From: an uncultured Gammaproteobacteria bacterium
Lineage (GTDB): Bacteria; Patescibacteriota; Microgenomatia; UBA1406; GWC2-37-13
DNA length: 64,000 bases
Direction of reading: 5' to 3'
Assembly: GCA_964401915.1 (NCBI GenBank)
Contig: CAYOAI010000001.1
Location: 4,987-68,986, forward strand
Shown: one piece after another, positions 36,006-45,248 of the stretch
How the letters are laid out: each line of letters opens with the position of its first letter
How positions within the stretch are numbered: the stretch's first letter is position 1
Program-made: the position numbers and the translations under genes
Notes under the pieces: model-generated
What the model saw: only the letters and a program-made list of their open reading frames with translations
Told to the model about the DNA's origin: nothing
Database searches by the model: none

Positions 36006-36926
36006 CTACGGTATTGTATTTTTGTAGATAACATTACTATTCAACCACTGGACAATGGTTGTGGTGTCTTTGAATCTATCTTCACTTTTTAGAACAACTA
36101 TTATGTATGTGTTTGATCCCTGTTTGTAAAAACTTACAAGATTTTCTCCCGCCTCTTCCGTATATCCTGTTTTGAGGCCTCCTATTCCCTGAAGCTCACC
36201 GAGGAGCTGATTGACATTGCTTAGCTGATGAAAGTATTTAAATTCTGTGTCTGAGATTGATATATTTTTTATCGAGACAATCTTGGCTAAATACTTATCT
36301 TTAATAAGTGCTCGTGCTGCAAGTGCAAGGTCAAATGGGCTTGTGTGTTGGCCTGTTCGATCAAGCCCTGCGGGATTTTTAAAGGTGCTACTTGTCATCT
36401 TTAGATCGCTAGTTTTTTTATTCATGAGGTTGATATATCGATCAAATCCATACTCATCGGCAAGCGCATATGCTCCGTCATTTCCTGAGTGGATAAGAGT
36501 GCCATAGAGGAGATATTCTGCTGAAATTTTTTCACCTCGGACAAGTCCCATACTTTGTCCTTCTACACTGTCTCGCTTGACCGTGATTACTCGATCTGGG
36601 TCGTAGAGATCTCGGGCAACAAGCGCCGTGATTATTTTGGTCGTTGATGCAGGAAGAAAATACCCATGGGGGTTTTTTTCAAAAATTGGCGTGAAGGATG
36701 GTAAGTACACAACATATACGCCTTGTGCTGATACGGTTGGGTAATTCGCAAATCTTTTTATTGGATAGGACTTTATTGAGTGTGAGAGGGCAGGAGCCTT
36801 GTGCTCGGCGAAAACATCTCTATTGTTGGTGAATATAGAAAAATAATGAGTATCTCCAGGGTAAAAAGCAAAAAGGAGAGTATAAAAACAAAAAAAGATA
36901 ATAAATCGAGTTTTCATAATCAACAA
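36006..36926 (-). CDS. D-alanyl-D-alanine carboxypeptidase (peptidase S11, PBP5-like)
   Basis: SxxK (PASTTKIITA), SxN (HSGND) and KTG (LKTGYT) motifs, with an N-terminal signal/anchor. Confidence 0.85.
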   Translation of the reverse strand: MLIMKTRFIIFFCFYTLLFAFYPGDTHYFSIFTNNRDVFAEHKAPALSHSIKSYPIKRFANYPTVSAQGVYVVYLPSFTPIFEKNPHGYFLPASTTKIITALVARDLYDPDRVITVKRDSVEGQSMGLVRGEKISAEYLLYGTLIHSGNDGAYALADEYGFDRYINLMNKKTSDLKMTSSTFKNPAGLDRTGQHTSPFDLALAARALIKDKYLAKIVSIKNISISDTEFKYFHQLSNVNQLLGELQGIGGLKTGYTEEAGENLVSFYKQGSNTYIIVVLKSEDRFKDTTTIVQWLNSNVIYKNTIP

Positions 36927-36945
36927 TTAAACTTTCCTAAAATAG

Positions 36946-38337
36946 TTAGCTTTTGATCTTTATTCCTAACTCTGCTAACTGTTCAGAAGATGCAGTAGAT
37001 GGAGCGTCGATTGCCGCAGTTGTTCCGCCAGATGATGCGGGGAATGCAATTACTTCTCGAATAGATTTTTCGCCAAGTATGGCCATGAGCAATCGATCAA
37101 TACCTGGTGCGATCCCGCCATGTGGGGGTACTCCATATTCAAAGGCCGTGAGAAGATGTTCAAAATCATTTTTATGTTCATCACTAAAACCGATTAGATC
37201 AAATATTTTTTGTTGAATAGAGGCGTCATGAATTCGTATACTTCCGCCTCCGACTTCATATCCATTAAGTGATAGATCATGTTGAAGTCCTCGGACTTTT
37301 TCAGGGGCCGAATCAAGGAGCTCGATATCCTCGGGGTGGGGTGCCGTGAACATATGATGAGATGGCGCAAAGCGTGTCTTGCCCATTCCGTGGAAATATT
37401 CCTCTTCGGACGCCTTTTCAAATAGCGGGAAATCCAGAATCCATGCAAAAGCCAACTCATCTTTATCTTGTTTGTTTTTTCTCAAATCTGGTTTGTCAGA
37501 TTTGTATTTTTCAATTGCCGTTTGGTGCGATAGACGTGGCCATGGGCTTTGTGTAATTTTTTTCTGTGGGAAGACTTCTTTGATGAGACTCGTGAAAAGC
37601 TCTTCTGTGAGAGTGAGTATGTCCTCCTGATCAACGAAAGACATCTCAAGATCCAGCTGCGTGAATTCACCATATGCGCGGTCGGCACGAGGATCTTCAT
37701 CTCGGAAGCATCTGGCAATCTGGAAGTACCGCTCGATACCGGCTACCATGAGCATTTGTTTGTACTGCTGTGGCGATTGAGGTAGTGCATAAAACTTGCC
37801 CTGCTGGAGACGAGAAGGAACCAAAAAGTCTCGAGCACCTTCAGGCGTGGTCTTGGTAAGAATTGGCGTCTCAATCTCAAGAAAATCGCGAGCGGTCAGA
37901 AAATTACGAATAAAGTGCACAGTCTTTGCTCGAAGTGTCAGATTGCCAAGCATGCGGCGACGCCTGATGTCAAGATACCTATACTTAAGTCGCACCTCTT
38001 CATCAATCTCATATCCATCAGTATTGATGGGGAGTGGGAGACCTTTTGATCTGGATAGAACTTCAATCTTTTTGATCTCTATTTCGATACTTCCTGTTGG
38101 GATTTTTGAATTCACAAGCTTTTCCGGTCTTTTTTTGACGAGTCCTTGTAGCTTGACCACGTATTCTGCCGATATGTCTTTGCACTCTGCACCACCGATG
38201 CATTGTACGACACCTGATCTATCCCGAAGATCGAGGAATACGATCTTACTGTGATCGCGCTTGGAGTCAACCCAGCCATAAAGTTCGACATCTTGTCCTT
38301 CAAGTGTGGGTGTATCAGCTACGAATATTTTTTTCAT
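36946..38337 (-). CDS. aspS: Aspartyl-tRNA synthetase, bacterial-type core lacking the GAD insertion
   Basis: OB domain VFLDLRDRSGVVQC. Motif 2 region QSPQQYKQMLMVAGIERYFQIARCFRDEDPRADR..EFTQLDLEMSF. Motif 3 GIAPGIDRLLM. Total length 463 aa. Confidence 0.9.
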   Translation of the reverse strand: MKKIFVADTPTLEGQDVELYGWVDSKRDHSKIVFLDLRDRSGVVQCIGGAECKDISAEYVVKLQGLVKKRPEKLVNSKIPTGSIEIEIKKIEVLSRSKGLPLPINTDGYEIDEEVRLKYRYLDIRRRRMLGNLTLRAKTVHFIRNFLTARDFLEIETPILTKTTPEGARDFLVPSRLQQGKFYALPQSPQQYKQMLMVAGIERYFQIARCFRDEDPRADRAYGEFTQLDLEMSFVDQEDILTLTEELFTSLIKEVFPQKKITQSPWPRLSHQTAIEKYKSDKPDLRKNKQDKDELAFAWILDFPLFEKASEEEYFHGMGKTRFAPSHHMFTAPHPEDIELLDSAPEKVRGLQHDLSLNGYEVGGGSIRIHDASIQQKIFDLIGFSDEHKNDFEHLLTAFEYGVPPHGGIAPGIDRLLMAILGEKSIREVIAFPASSGGTTAAIDAPSTASSEQLAELGIKIKS

Positions 38338-38393
38338 TGTTATTCTTGTCTAAGATTATATGAGCTATATTATAGTTGCATCCTTCCAACAAC

Positions 38394-40109
38394 TCAAGGA
38401 AACTCAACAATATCTGCTCTAAGATATTTGATCATTCCTTGTAATTTCTCTGAATGATTCCATTTATTTATCTCTACGGAGTAGACGACGTCAACTATTG
38501 AATTCAACTGCACTTGATTTTTTTTGTGAAAGAAGAGAAGGCTTTCTAGTTGATTAGACGGATTATCAATTTCCTGCAGAATAATCTTTGCATGATTCAT
38601 TTTTTTACCCATATATTTGATATTGACGATTTTGCCTTGACTATAAAAAAGTGGTTGAGGGTTGCTGATCCCATATGGTTCAAGACACGCAAGTCCGCGT
38701 GCAAGGTCGATAGTCGCCATAGAGAGAGGAATTTTAAAATCCGCCTCAATCTTCGGCTCAAGATCCTTATTTTTTATGAGGTTTTTGGACTCACTCTCGA
38801 TTCTCGCTATAAATCTCTCAAGATTTTTTCTTTCGAGACTAAAGCCCGCAGCCTGTGTATGACCACCAACACTGAGTAGGAGATCTTTCTGCTCTTTTAA
38901 AAAATCGGTAATTGCAAATCCTGATATTGAGCGTGCAGATCCTTTGATTCCACTCCCTGAGTCAGTCATCACGATAGCTGGGCGATAAAATTCTTGAGCT
39001 ACGTATGAGGCGACAAGTCCGATAATTCCCTCATGCCACTTTTTATTATAAAGCGTGATGAGTATTGGCAGGTTCTCACCACACTTTTGTTTTACGAGTT
39101 CTATCGCTTCGACACGTGCTGTATCCAGAAGACTCTGTCGTTTGATATTGACCTCTCCAAGTTCTTGCGCTAATTGCTGAGCTCTTTGTGGGTTGTTCGT
39201 ACAAAGTAGCCGCAGCGCATTCATAGCATGTCCTAGTCGCCCGGCTGCATTGATGCGTGGGGCGATAATATACCCAATTTCGTAAGGTGTGATCTTACGA
39301 TGTTCGATTCCCGCCTCCTTAAGAAGAGCGGTCAATCCTATTCTATTTACTTTTAAGAAAGCGATAAGTCCGGCTGCAGCTGTAGCTCGAGCAATTCCAA
39401 CAAGAGGGACAAGATCAGAGATAAGGCCAATTGTCGAAATAGCAAGATAATCATTCTCAAAATGATTATCAAGCTGAGTCGTCGTGCTGGTATGATCTAA
39501 GACCTTGTTTTTTTTTAGATCTTTAAAGAGTTCTTTTGCAAAGAAATATGCCACAGTCGAGCCGCTAAGTAGCGAGGTATGAATTATTGCATGGGCGTCT
39601 GGCAATAGCGCAGGTTTGAGATGATGATCTGTAATGATGACGTCTATTCCGAGTTTTTTGGCGTAGGTGACTTGCTCAACCGCTGTGATTCCATGATCAA
39701 CGCTTATGATAAGTCCAGGATTATATTCTTTTTTAATCGTGTCAAGCGCCACCTGCGAAAATCCATAGCCTTCGTGAAGCCGGTGGGGAACATACGGCAT
39801 GGTCTTAAATCCCATCAAATGCAGAGACTCCCACAAGACAGTACCACCCGTGATACCATCAGCATCATAGTCTGTATATACGATTATCATCTCACCTTTC
39901 TCGCGTGCATCTGTGAGCCGTATGTAGGCTTTTTGGTATTGCGGTACAAGATCAACATCAATATCCTTAAGAGATATATTTTGGGGTGAAGGAGGATTTA
40001 GAAAGAGTTTTTTATCTTTTATCCCCCGAGACTTAAGTAGTATATTTATAATCTCATCTGCATTGATCTGCCGGCCATCTTCAATCTCATATTTATAGGC
40101 AATCTTCAT
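38394..40109 (-). CDS. recJ: Single-stranded-DNA-specific exonuclease RecJ
   Basis: DHH family motifs VYTDYDADGITG, ISVDHG and IITDHH, plus the DHHA1 GGHTQAAG. Confidence 0.9.
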   Translation of the reverse strand: MKIAYKYEIEDGRQINADEIINILLKSRGIKDKKLFLNPPSPQNISLKDIDVDLVPQYQKAYIRLTDAREKGEMIIVYTDYDADGITGGTVLWESLHLMGFKTMPYVPHRLHEGYGFSQVALDTIKKEYNPGLIISVDHGITAVEQVTYAKKLGIDVIITDHHLKPALLPDAHAIIHTSLLSGSTVAYFFAKELFKDLKKNKVLDHTSTTTQLDNHFENDYLAISTIGLISDLVPLVGIARATAAAGLIAFLKVNRIGLTALLKEAGIEHRKITPYEIGYIIAPRINAAGRLGHAMNALRLLCTNNPQRAQQLAQELGEVNIKRQSLLDTARVEAIELVKQKCGENLPILITLYNKKWHEGIIGLVASYVAQEFYRPAIVMTDSGSGIKGSARSISGFAITDFLKEQKDLLLSVGGHTQAAGFSLERKNLERFIARIESESKNLIKNKDLEPKIEADFKIPLSMATIDLARGLACLEPYGISNPQPLFYSQGKIVNIKYMGKKMNHAKIILQEIDNPSNQLESLLFFHKKNQVQLNSIVDVVYSVEINKWNHSEKLQGMIKYLRADIVEFP

Positions 40110-40112
40110 AGA

Positions 40113-41249
40113 CTAATTTTGCTTCTCGGAGACAACATCCAGAAGAGGAGTGGGAGCATGCTCGGGTTCTTCGAGTCGTATCTTATCGACTGTTTTCAAA
40201 AGTTGCTTGGTACGGGTACTATCGACTTTGTTGTACTGGTCAGTAAGTGATACTATCCTATCTCCTATTTTTTCAAACTCTTCATTATATTTGGTGAATT
40301 CTTCCTCAAAAAGCTGAATGTAGGTGATAATATTTCGTACATTTTTTTGATACTTAAAATTATCGTAGGACTGCCTGATAAGTCGTAAAATTGCAGTAAA
40401 GCTAAAAGGCCCAGCAAATATCACTTTTTGCCTCATTCCCTCCGACCATACACTGTTGAGTCGTTCGTAGATATAGGAAAAAATCATCTCATTGGGGATA
40501 AACATAATGACAAAATCAACTGTATTGTCTGCGGGATTGATGTAGTTTCTGTTTGTCAGTTGTTTGATTTTTTCTTTTACATCTCGTTCAAACGCTTTAA
40601 GATGTTCTCGCTTGGCGGCTTTATCTGTCGTCTCTGTTGATTTTTGAAGGTTATTGTAGGGGAACTTAGAATCAACATTTATCTTGACCCCGTCTGGTAG
40701 AAGAATTGTAAAGTCTGGTCTTTCGGTACTACCTTTTGATGCTGTATTAACTCGATAATCCACTCCTTTTACAAATCCGGTCATCTTGAGAAGGTCTTCG
40801 GCTACTTGCTCGCCAAATTGCCCTCTGAGTTGATTGTTTGAGAGCACATTTTTGAGGCCTTCTGTAGTGAATGATAATTGTTCTGTGACTTTTTGGTTAT
40901 TCTCAAGCTGGGCTTTGACTTCTCTGAATGAGCCGATTGTTTGTTTATCACTGTCTTCGACTTTTTTGTTGGTTTCTTTAAGTTCCTGCTGCATCTTTTG
41001 GATGAGTTTTTCGATTGAGTCCTTTTTGTTGGAAAGATCATTCATAATCTCACTTTTCTTTCCATCAAGAGATTGATTCGATACTGTTGCGAGTTTCTCT
41101 ATCGCATCTCGAAATGACGCATCTATCTTCTTTTGAACATCGCTGGCGAACTTATCTGTATTATGTGCATTGCGGCTTTTGAGTATCAAAAACACTCCTA
41201 CCGCAGCCAACAGACCAAGAGCTATACCAAAAATGAGATACAGAATCAT
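40113..41249 (-). CDS. rmuC: DNA recombination protein RmuC
   Basis: N-terminal TM segment, a coiled coil and a C-terminal nuclease-like core RPDFTILLPDGVKINVDSKFP..FVIMFIPNE. Confidence 0.85.
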   Translation of the reverse strand: MILYLIFGIALGLLAAVGVFLILKSRNAHNTDKFASDVQKKIDASFRDAIEKLATVSNQSLDGKKSEIMNDLSNKKDSIEKLIQKMQQELKETNKKVEDSDKQTIGSFREVKAQLENNQKVTEQLSFTTEGLKNVLSNNQLRGQFGEQVAEDLLKMTGFVKGVDYRVNTASKGSTERPDFTILLPDGVKINVDSKFPYNNLQKSTETTDKAAKREHLKAFERDVKEKIKQLTNRNYINPADNTVDFVIMFIPNEMIFSYIYERLNSVWSEGMRQKVIFAGPFSFTAILRLIRQSYDNFKYQKNVRNIITYIQLFEEEFTKYNEEFEKIGDRIVSLTDQYNKVDSTRTKQLLKTVDKIRLEEPEHAPTPLLDVVSEKQN

Positions 41250-41342
41250 AGAAGGAAAAATTTGCGCAAATAATAAGCCTCTATATTATAGACGATTATA
41301 TTTGTGAATGAAATTCAGGAAGAAGACACTTATGAAATTTTT

Positions 41343-42404
41343 TTAGGAGGACTGATTACCGCGGAAGATTTTTGGCTTGAGCCAGTCTTTGGGGGCTGGT
41401 TTATCCACGACCATCTTCTCTCGCTCAATTGTCTCAAGTGTGCTTGCGATCTCAACTTCGTGTTGAGGTGGTTTCTGAGGGTTTATTGGTGCTTGTTGAG
41501 CAATTGGCTGGCTCTGAGTTATTTTTTGTGGTGGCGCAGGCTGTTCAAATTCAAAATCTTCTTCTTCCTCTGAGTTATATGAAGAAGGAAAGGGTTGTGG
41601 AGTAGGTTCATACATTGGTTGTCTCAGGACTTGGGGACCTTGAGGTCTTAATACTTGGGATTGGGCAGGTGCTTTTTTTTGGGCTCCGAGTTTGAGTAGT
41701 TGTGAGGCGATCTCAAATGTTGTGGCGTTGACTGAATATGAAGTGAAATTATTGGTTGCGGCCATAAGCCCTGCATATAGATTGGTGGCGATCTCACGAT
41801 CAATCTGGACTCCAAGCGCTTTAATTATAGAAAGTGCGAGTTCAGAGGTTGATGTTGCTGCTTTTTGGACAAAATTGACTTTGCCAAAATAAGAATTTGC
41901 TAAATGACGATCTATATTGATTACAGTTGCTGCAGTAAACTGTTGCTGATTCTGTTCGTAGAGACCACCCAATGATTTGAGAGATGAGGCATCGACTGTG
42001 ATTAAGAAGTCTACGACTCCACCGGTAAATGAATAGGATACTTGGTTGGGATCGAGCTTCGGAAAGCCTTCCCGTGGTGTGATTATTAGATTGAAGGTCT
42101 CATCCTGAATATTGTAATCAACTTTATCAACAGAGCCGTCTCTGTAGGGAAACGAAATTGCAAGGTTGTCGCCAGATGTCTCAGGCGCAGGCTTAATTTT
42201 ATCAGCCGCAATCAGGTCTGAGGTGACTGGGGTTGAACAAGCGAGTGATACATTTTTCCCCAGTTTAACAAGTGCAAGGTATAGCGCGCATGCTGCGGCA
42301 ATACTATCTGCCTGCGGATTTTCACGAAGACAAATAATGCCTGATACATGTGTATTGAGCGCCTCAACAACTTGATTTAGTGAGGTTCCACTTGTGTTAT
42401 CCAT
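41343..42404 (-). CDS. DHH/DHHA1-family (NrnA-like) protein with degenerate catalytic motifs and a Pro/Gln-rich tail
   Basis: NrnA-like layout, but motif I reads ENPQADSIAAACA and the DHH motif reads NIDRHLAN. The C-terminal 120 aa or so are low complexity (PQGPQVLRQPMYEPTPQPFP..QPAPPQKITQSQPIAQQAPINPQKPPQ). Confidence 0.55.
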   Translation of the reverse strand: MDNTSGTSLNQVVEALNTHVSGIICLRENPQADSIAAACALYLALVKLGKNVSLACSTPVTSDLIAADKIKPAPETSGDNLAISFPYRDGSVDKVDYNIQDETFNLIITPREGFPKLDPNQVSYSFTGGVVDFLITVDASSLKSLGGLYEQNQQQFTAATVINIDRHLANSYFGKVNFVQKAATSTSELALSIIKALGVQIDREIATNLYAGLMAATNNFTSYSVNATTFEIASQLLKLGAQKKAPAQSQVLRPQGPQVLRQPMYEPTPQPFPSSYNSEEEEDFEFEQPAPPQKITQSQPIAQQAPINPQKPPQHEVEIASTLETIEREKMVVDKPAPKDWLKPKIFRGNQSS

Positions 42405-42405
42405 A

Positions 42406-43857
42406 CTATAAGATAGATTTTATCACATCACCTATAGTAATGTCAAGGGGTGGGGAGATCAGAATTCCGGCCTCTTCATCTTTTTTTACCTCACTTACTT
42501 TTTTAGCTCTTTGTCTGAGAGATATGAGCTTTGAGGTAGAGATGAGGTTCGTGCCTCGGTGTAGTTCGATTGAGTCTCCAAGGTTGATCTTACCCTTGGT
42601 TACTTTAATTCCATATACCTTTTCTCCATCGATAATGAAATTTGCCAACACTTTTGCCTCTCCCTTAAGAGTCTTTTCTTGTATTTCTTTTTCACGAATT
42701 AGCTGTGCGACTTCGGATAGCTCATCAAGCGCTTCATATATGATGTTGTACGTCTTGATAATCACTTTTTCTTGTTTGGCAGCATCAACAACGGTTGCAT
42801 CAGGTTTTACACTGAATCCTATTATTATGGCACCTGCGGTCTTCGCCAAAAATACATCAGATTTATGAATATCGCCAACAGCTTGAAGGACTATCTGTAT
42901 ATTACTTTGTTTTGAAAGAGCAGTGACAATAGCTTCAAGTGAACCCTGTGCATCTGCTTTAATGACGAGTGAAAGCTTTTTTTGAGCCTCTTGGTTGAGA
43001 GATTCAAGAATACCAAGAGCGGGGGCTTGAGTCTGGTTTGCTGAAGGCGCTGCGTCTTGTTCAATGCGTGTTAGAATTGTCCCGACTTCTGGCATTGCAC
43101 TAAATCCCAAAAGCTCAAAAGGCGCACAAGGTACGACTTCTCGAACCATGATGCCTCGATCATTAATCATCGATCGGACTTTTACTCGCTTATCCTGAGC
43201 AAATACAGCGTCTCCAATTCGGAGCGTGCCATTTTTTATGATACAACTTGCCACAACGCCTCGTCTATCTTTTTTGGTCTCGATAATTACAATCTCGGGC
43301 GGAGCATCTTTGTCAAAGGTAAGATTGAGATCGGCTGCCATAAGAAGAATTGACTCAAGAAGATCGGGGACACCAACACCTGTTTTGGCAGATATTGCAA
43401 GAGCTGGTACCTGACCCCCTTTTTGTTCAATCATCACCTCATACTTGAGTAGGTCTCTATAGACTTTTTCCGGATTTGTGTCGGGCATATCAATTTTATT
43501 GACGACGACAATGAAGGGAAGCTTAGCTTCCTGTATGTGTTGGATTGATTCAATTGTCTGTGGCTTTAGAGAGTCTTTGACATCGACTATAAGTAGTGCA
43601 ATATCTGCGACTGTCGCGCCTCGTGCTCGGAGCTTTGAGAATGCCTCGTGACCTGGTGTGTCGATGAATGTGATCTTGTCTTGCTGGTATCCTTTGATTC
43701 CGGTTGAGATTTCGTATCCTCCAATTTTTTGTGTGATTCCGCCAGCTTCACCTTCGGTAAGTGCTGTTTTTCTAATATAGTCCAGAAGCGTGGTCTTGCC
43801 ATGGTCGACATGACCGAGTATTGCAACAACTGGTGGACGTGGAGTAGTAGGCGACAT
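42406..43857 (-). CDS. infB: Translation initiation factor IF-2 (short form, starts at the G domain)
   Basis: PRPPVVAILGHVDHGKTTLLD begins at residue 6. DTPGHEAF and NKID are present, followed by the domain II-C2 pattern. Total length 483 aa. Confidence 0.92.
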   Translation of the reverse strand: MSPTTPRPPVVAILGHVDHGKTTLLDYIRKTALTEGEAGGITQKIGGYEISTGIKGYQQDKITFIDTPGHEAFSKLRARGATVADIALLIVDVKDSLKPQTIESIQHIQEAKLPFIVVVNKIDMPDTNPEKVYRDLLKYEVMIEQKGGQVPALAISAKTGVGVPDLLESILLMAADLNLTFDKDAPPEIVIIETKKDRRGVVASCIIKNGTLRIGDAVFAQDKRVKVRSMINDRGIMVREVVPCAPFELLGFSAMPEVGTILTRIEQDAAPSANQTQAPALGILESLNQEAQKKLSLVIKADAQGSLEAIVTALSKQSNIQIVLQAVGDIHKSDVFLAKTAGAIIIGFSVKPDATVVDAAKQEKVIIKTYNIIYEALDELSEVAQLIREKEIQEKTLKGEAKVLANFIIDGEKVYGIKVTKGKINLGDSIELHRGTNLISTSKLISLRQRAKKVSEVKKDEEAGILISPPLDITIGDVIKSIL

Positions 43858-43912
43858 AGCGAATATTCAATGTAAGTGAAATTTATGTAATCAGCCCTTA
43901 TTTGGACTTTAG

Positions 43913-45151
43913 TTAGCTTGCTTCTTGATCTTCTACCTTTTCACTTTCGGTCGGGGTGGCATCACTTGCTTCAGCTACTTCAGGAGTCGACTCGACAGAT
44001 GTGGATTCAACTTCTTGAGTGCTATCTTCCTCTTGGTCTGATTGCTCAATTGCGGTCTCATCTACTGTCTCCTCTTCGGCAGCTTTTGTATCTGGCTCGG
44101 AGGCTTCTACCACTCGATCTATATTCGTTTCCTTTTCTGCGTCTTTTTCTTCATCAACTTTTTCTTTTATATCCTCTGATTTTGACTGCTGAGATTTAAT
44201 TTGATTAATATCAATCTCATATCCGGAAAGCTGGGATGCGAGATTCACATTGACGCCACCCTTACCAATTGCAAGAGGGGCTTGTGATTCATCGACTGTG
44301 ACCTTAGCTCTTTTTTCGTCGCGATCAAGCTCTATTCCTATAATCTTGGCTGGAGAGAGAGCTGCTGTGATGAACTGCTTCTCATCTTTGTTCCACTGGA
44401 TGATATCAATTTTTTCATCTCCACCGGCTTCGTTGGTGACTGTCTGTACCCGAATACCTTTTTGACCCACACATGCACCGACTGGATCGACTCCTGCTTG
44501 AGTGCTGTGGACAGCTATCTTACTGCGCTCTCCTGGAACGCGCACAACTTGCTTGATCTCAACAGTTCCATTGGCAATCTCAGGAACTTCTCGTTTGAAA
44601 AGCTCACCAATAAGTCGAGGGTCGGAGCGAGAGATGACGATCTTGGAATTGCCGAATTTGTCTTCTCCAATATCCTTGATGTAGAACACAAGATTGGTAT
44701 TTACGGTGTAGTGCTCGGATTTGATCTGCTCTTCTTTGGGTAGTACAGCCTCGACGCGACCGATATCAGCATACGCATTGTATCCGTCGTAGCGAATGAT
44801 ACGGCCTCGAGTTGTGGTGCCAACTTGTGACTTGTAGTGGGAGACCACTGTCTTCTTCTCTGCCTCTCGAATCTTTTGTAGGATTACCTGCTTGGCGGTT
44901 TGGGCAGCTATACGTCCGAATCCAGGTGGTGTGATATCAACTCCGTCTTTGAGAATATGCGCTTCTCCATTATTTTTGTTTACTTTAACTGTGGTCTGAT
45001 CATCCTCTTCTTCGCTGATGTCAGCTACTTCTTTTTTGTAAGCTGCAAGAATTGCAGCCTCAATAGAGGAGACGACATCATCTGGAGTGATGCCTCGCTC
45101 GGTCGCAACCTGATTCAGTGCGAGTGCAAACTCGCTTTTTACAATACTCAT
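43913..45151 (-). CDS. nusA: Transcription termination/antitermination factor NusA with an acidic C-terminal tail
   Basis: The track starts at GTG 45157. ATG at 45151 (MSIVKSEFALALNQVATERGI) sits 8 nt after TGgTACAAT. S1 and KH regions are present (GACVGQKGIRVQ, AIGKGGVNVNLASQLSGYEIDI), then an E/D-rich tail. Confidence 0.9.
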   Translation of the reverse strand: MSIVKSEFALALNQVATERGITPDDVVSSIEAAILAAYKKEVADISEEEDDQTTVKVNKNNGEAHILKDGVDITPPGFGRIAAQTAKQVILQKIREAEKKTVVSHYKSQVGTTTRGRIIRYDGYNAYADIGRVEAVLPKEEQIKSEHYTVNTNLVFYIKDIGEDKFGNSKIVISRSDPRLIGELFKREVPEIANGTVEIKQVVRVPGERSKIAVHSTQAGVDPVGACVGQKGIRVQTVTNEAGGDEKIDIIQWNKDEKQFITAALSPAKIIGIELDRDEKRAKVTVDESQAPLAIGKGGVNVNLASQLSGYEIDINQIKSQQSKSEDIKEKVDEEKDAEKETNIDRVVEASEPDTKAAEEETVDETAIEQSDQEEDSTQEVESTSVESTPEVAEASDATPTESEKVEDQEAS

Positions 45152-45159
45152 GGACACTC

Positions 45160-45168
45160 ATTGTACCA
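45160..45168 (-). promoter_or_regulatory. Extended -10 promoter (TGgTACAAT), 8 nt upstream of the nusA ATG
   Basis: The minus strand reads TGGTACAAT-gagtgtcc-ATG. Confidence 0.5.
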
Positions 45169-45248
45169 TAAATTAAAGCAGATTTAATGAAGAATGAGGT
45201 GTGTTGTGGAGCAACTGGAAATAAAGATAGTTGGATATTTGTAGCGGT

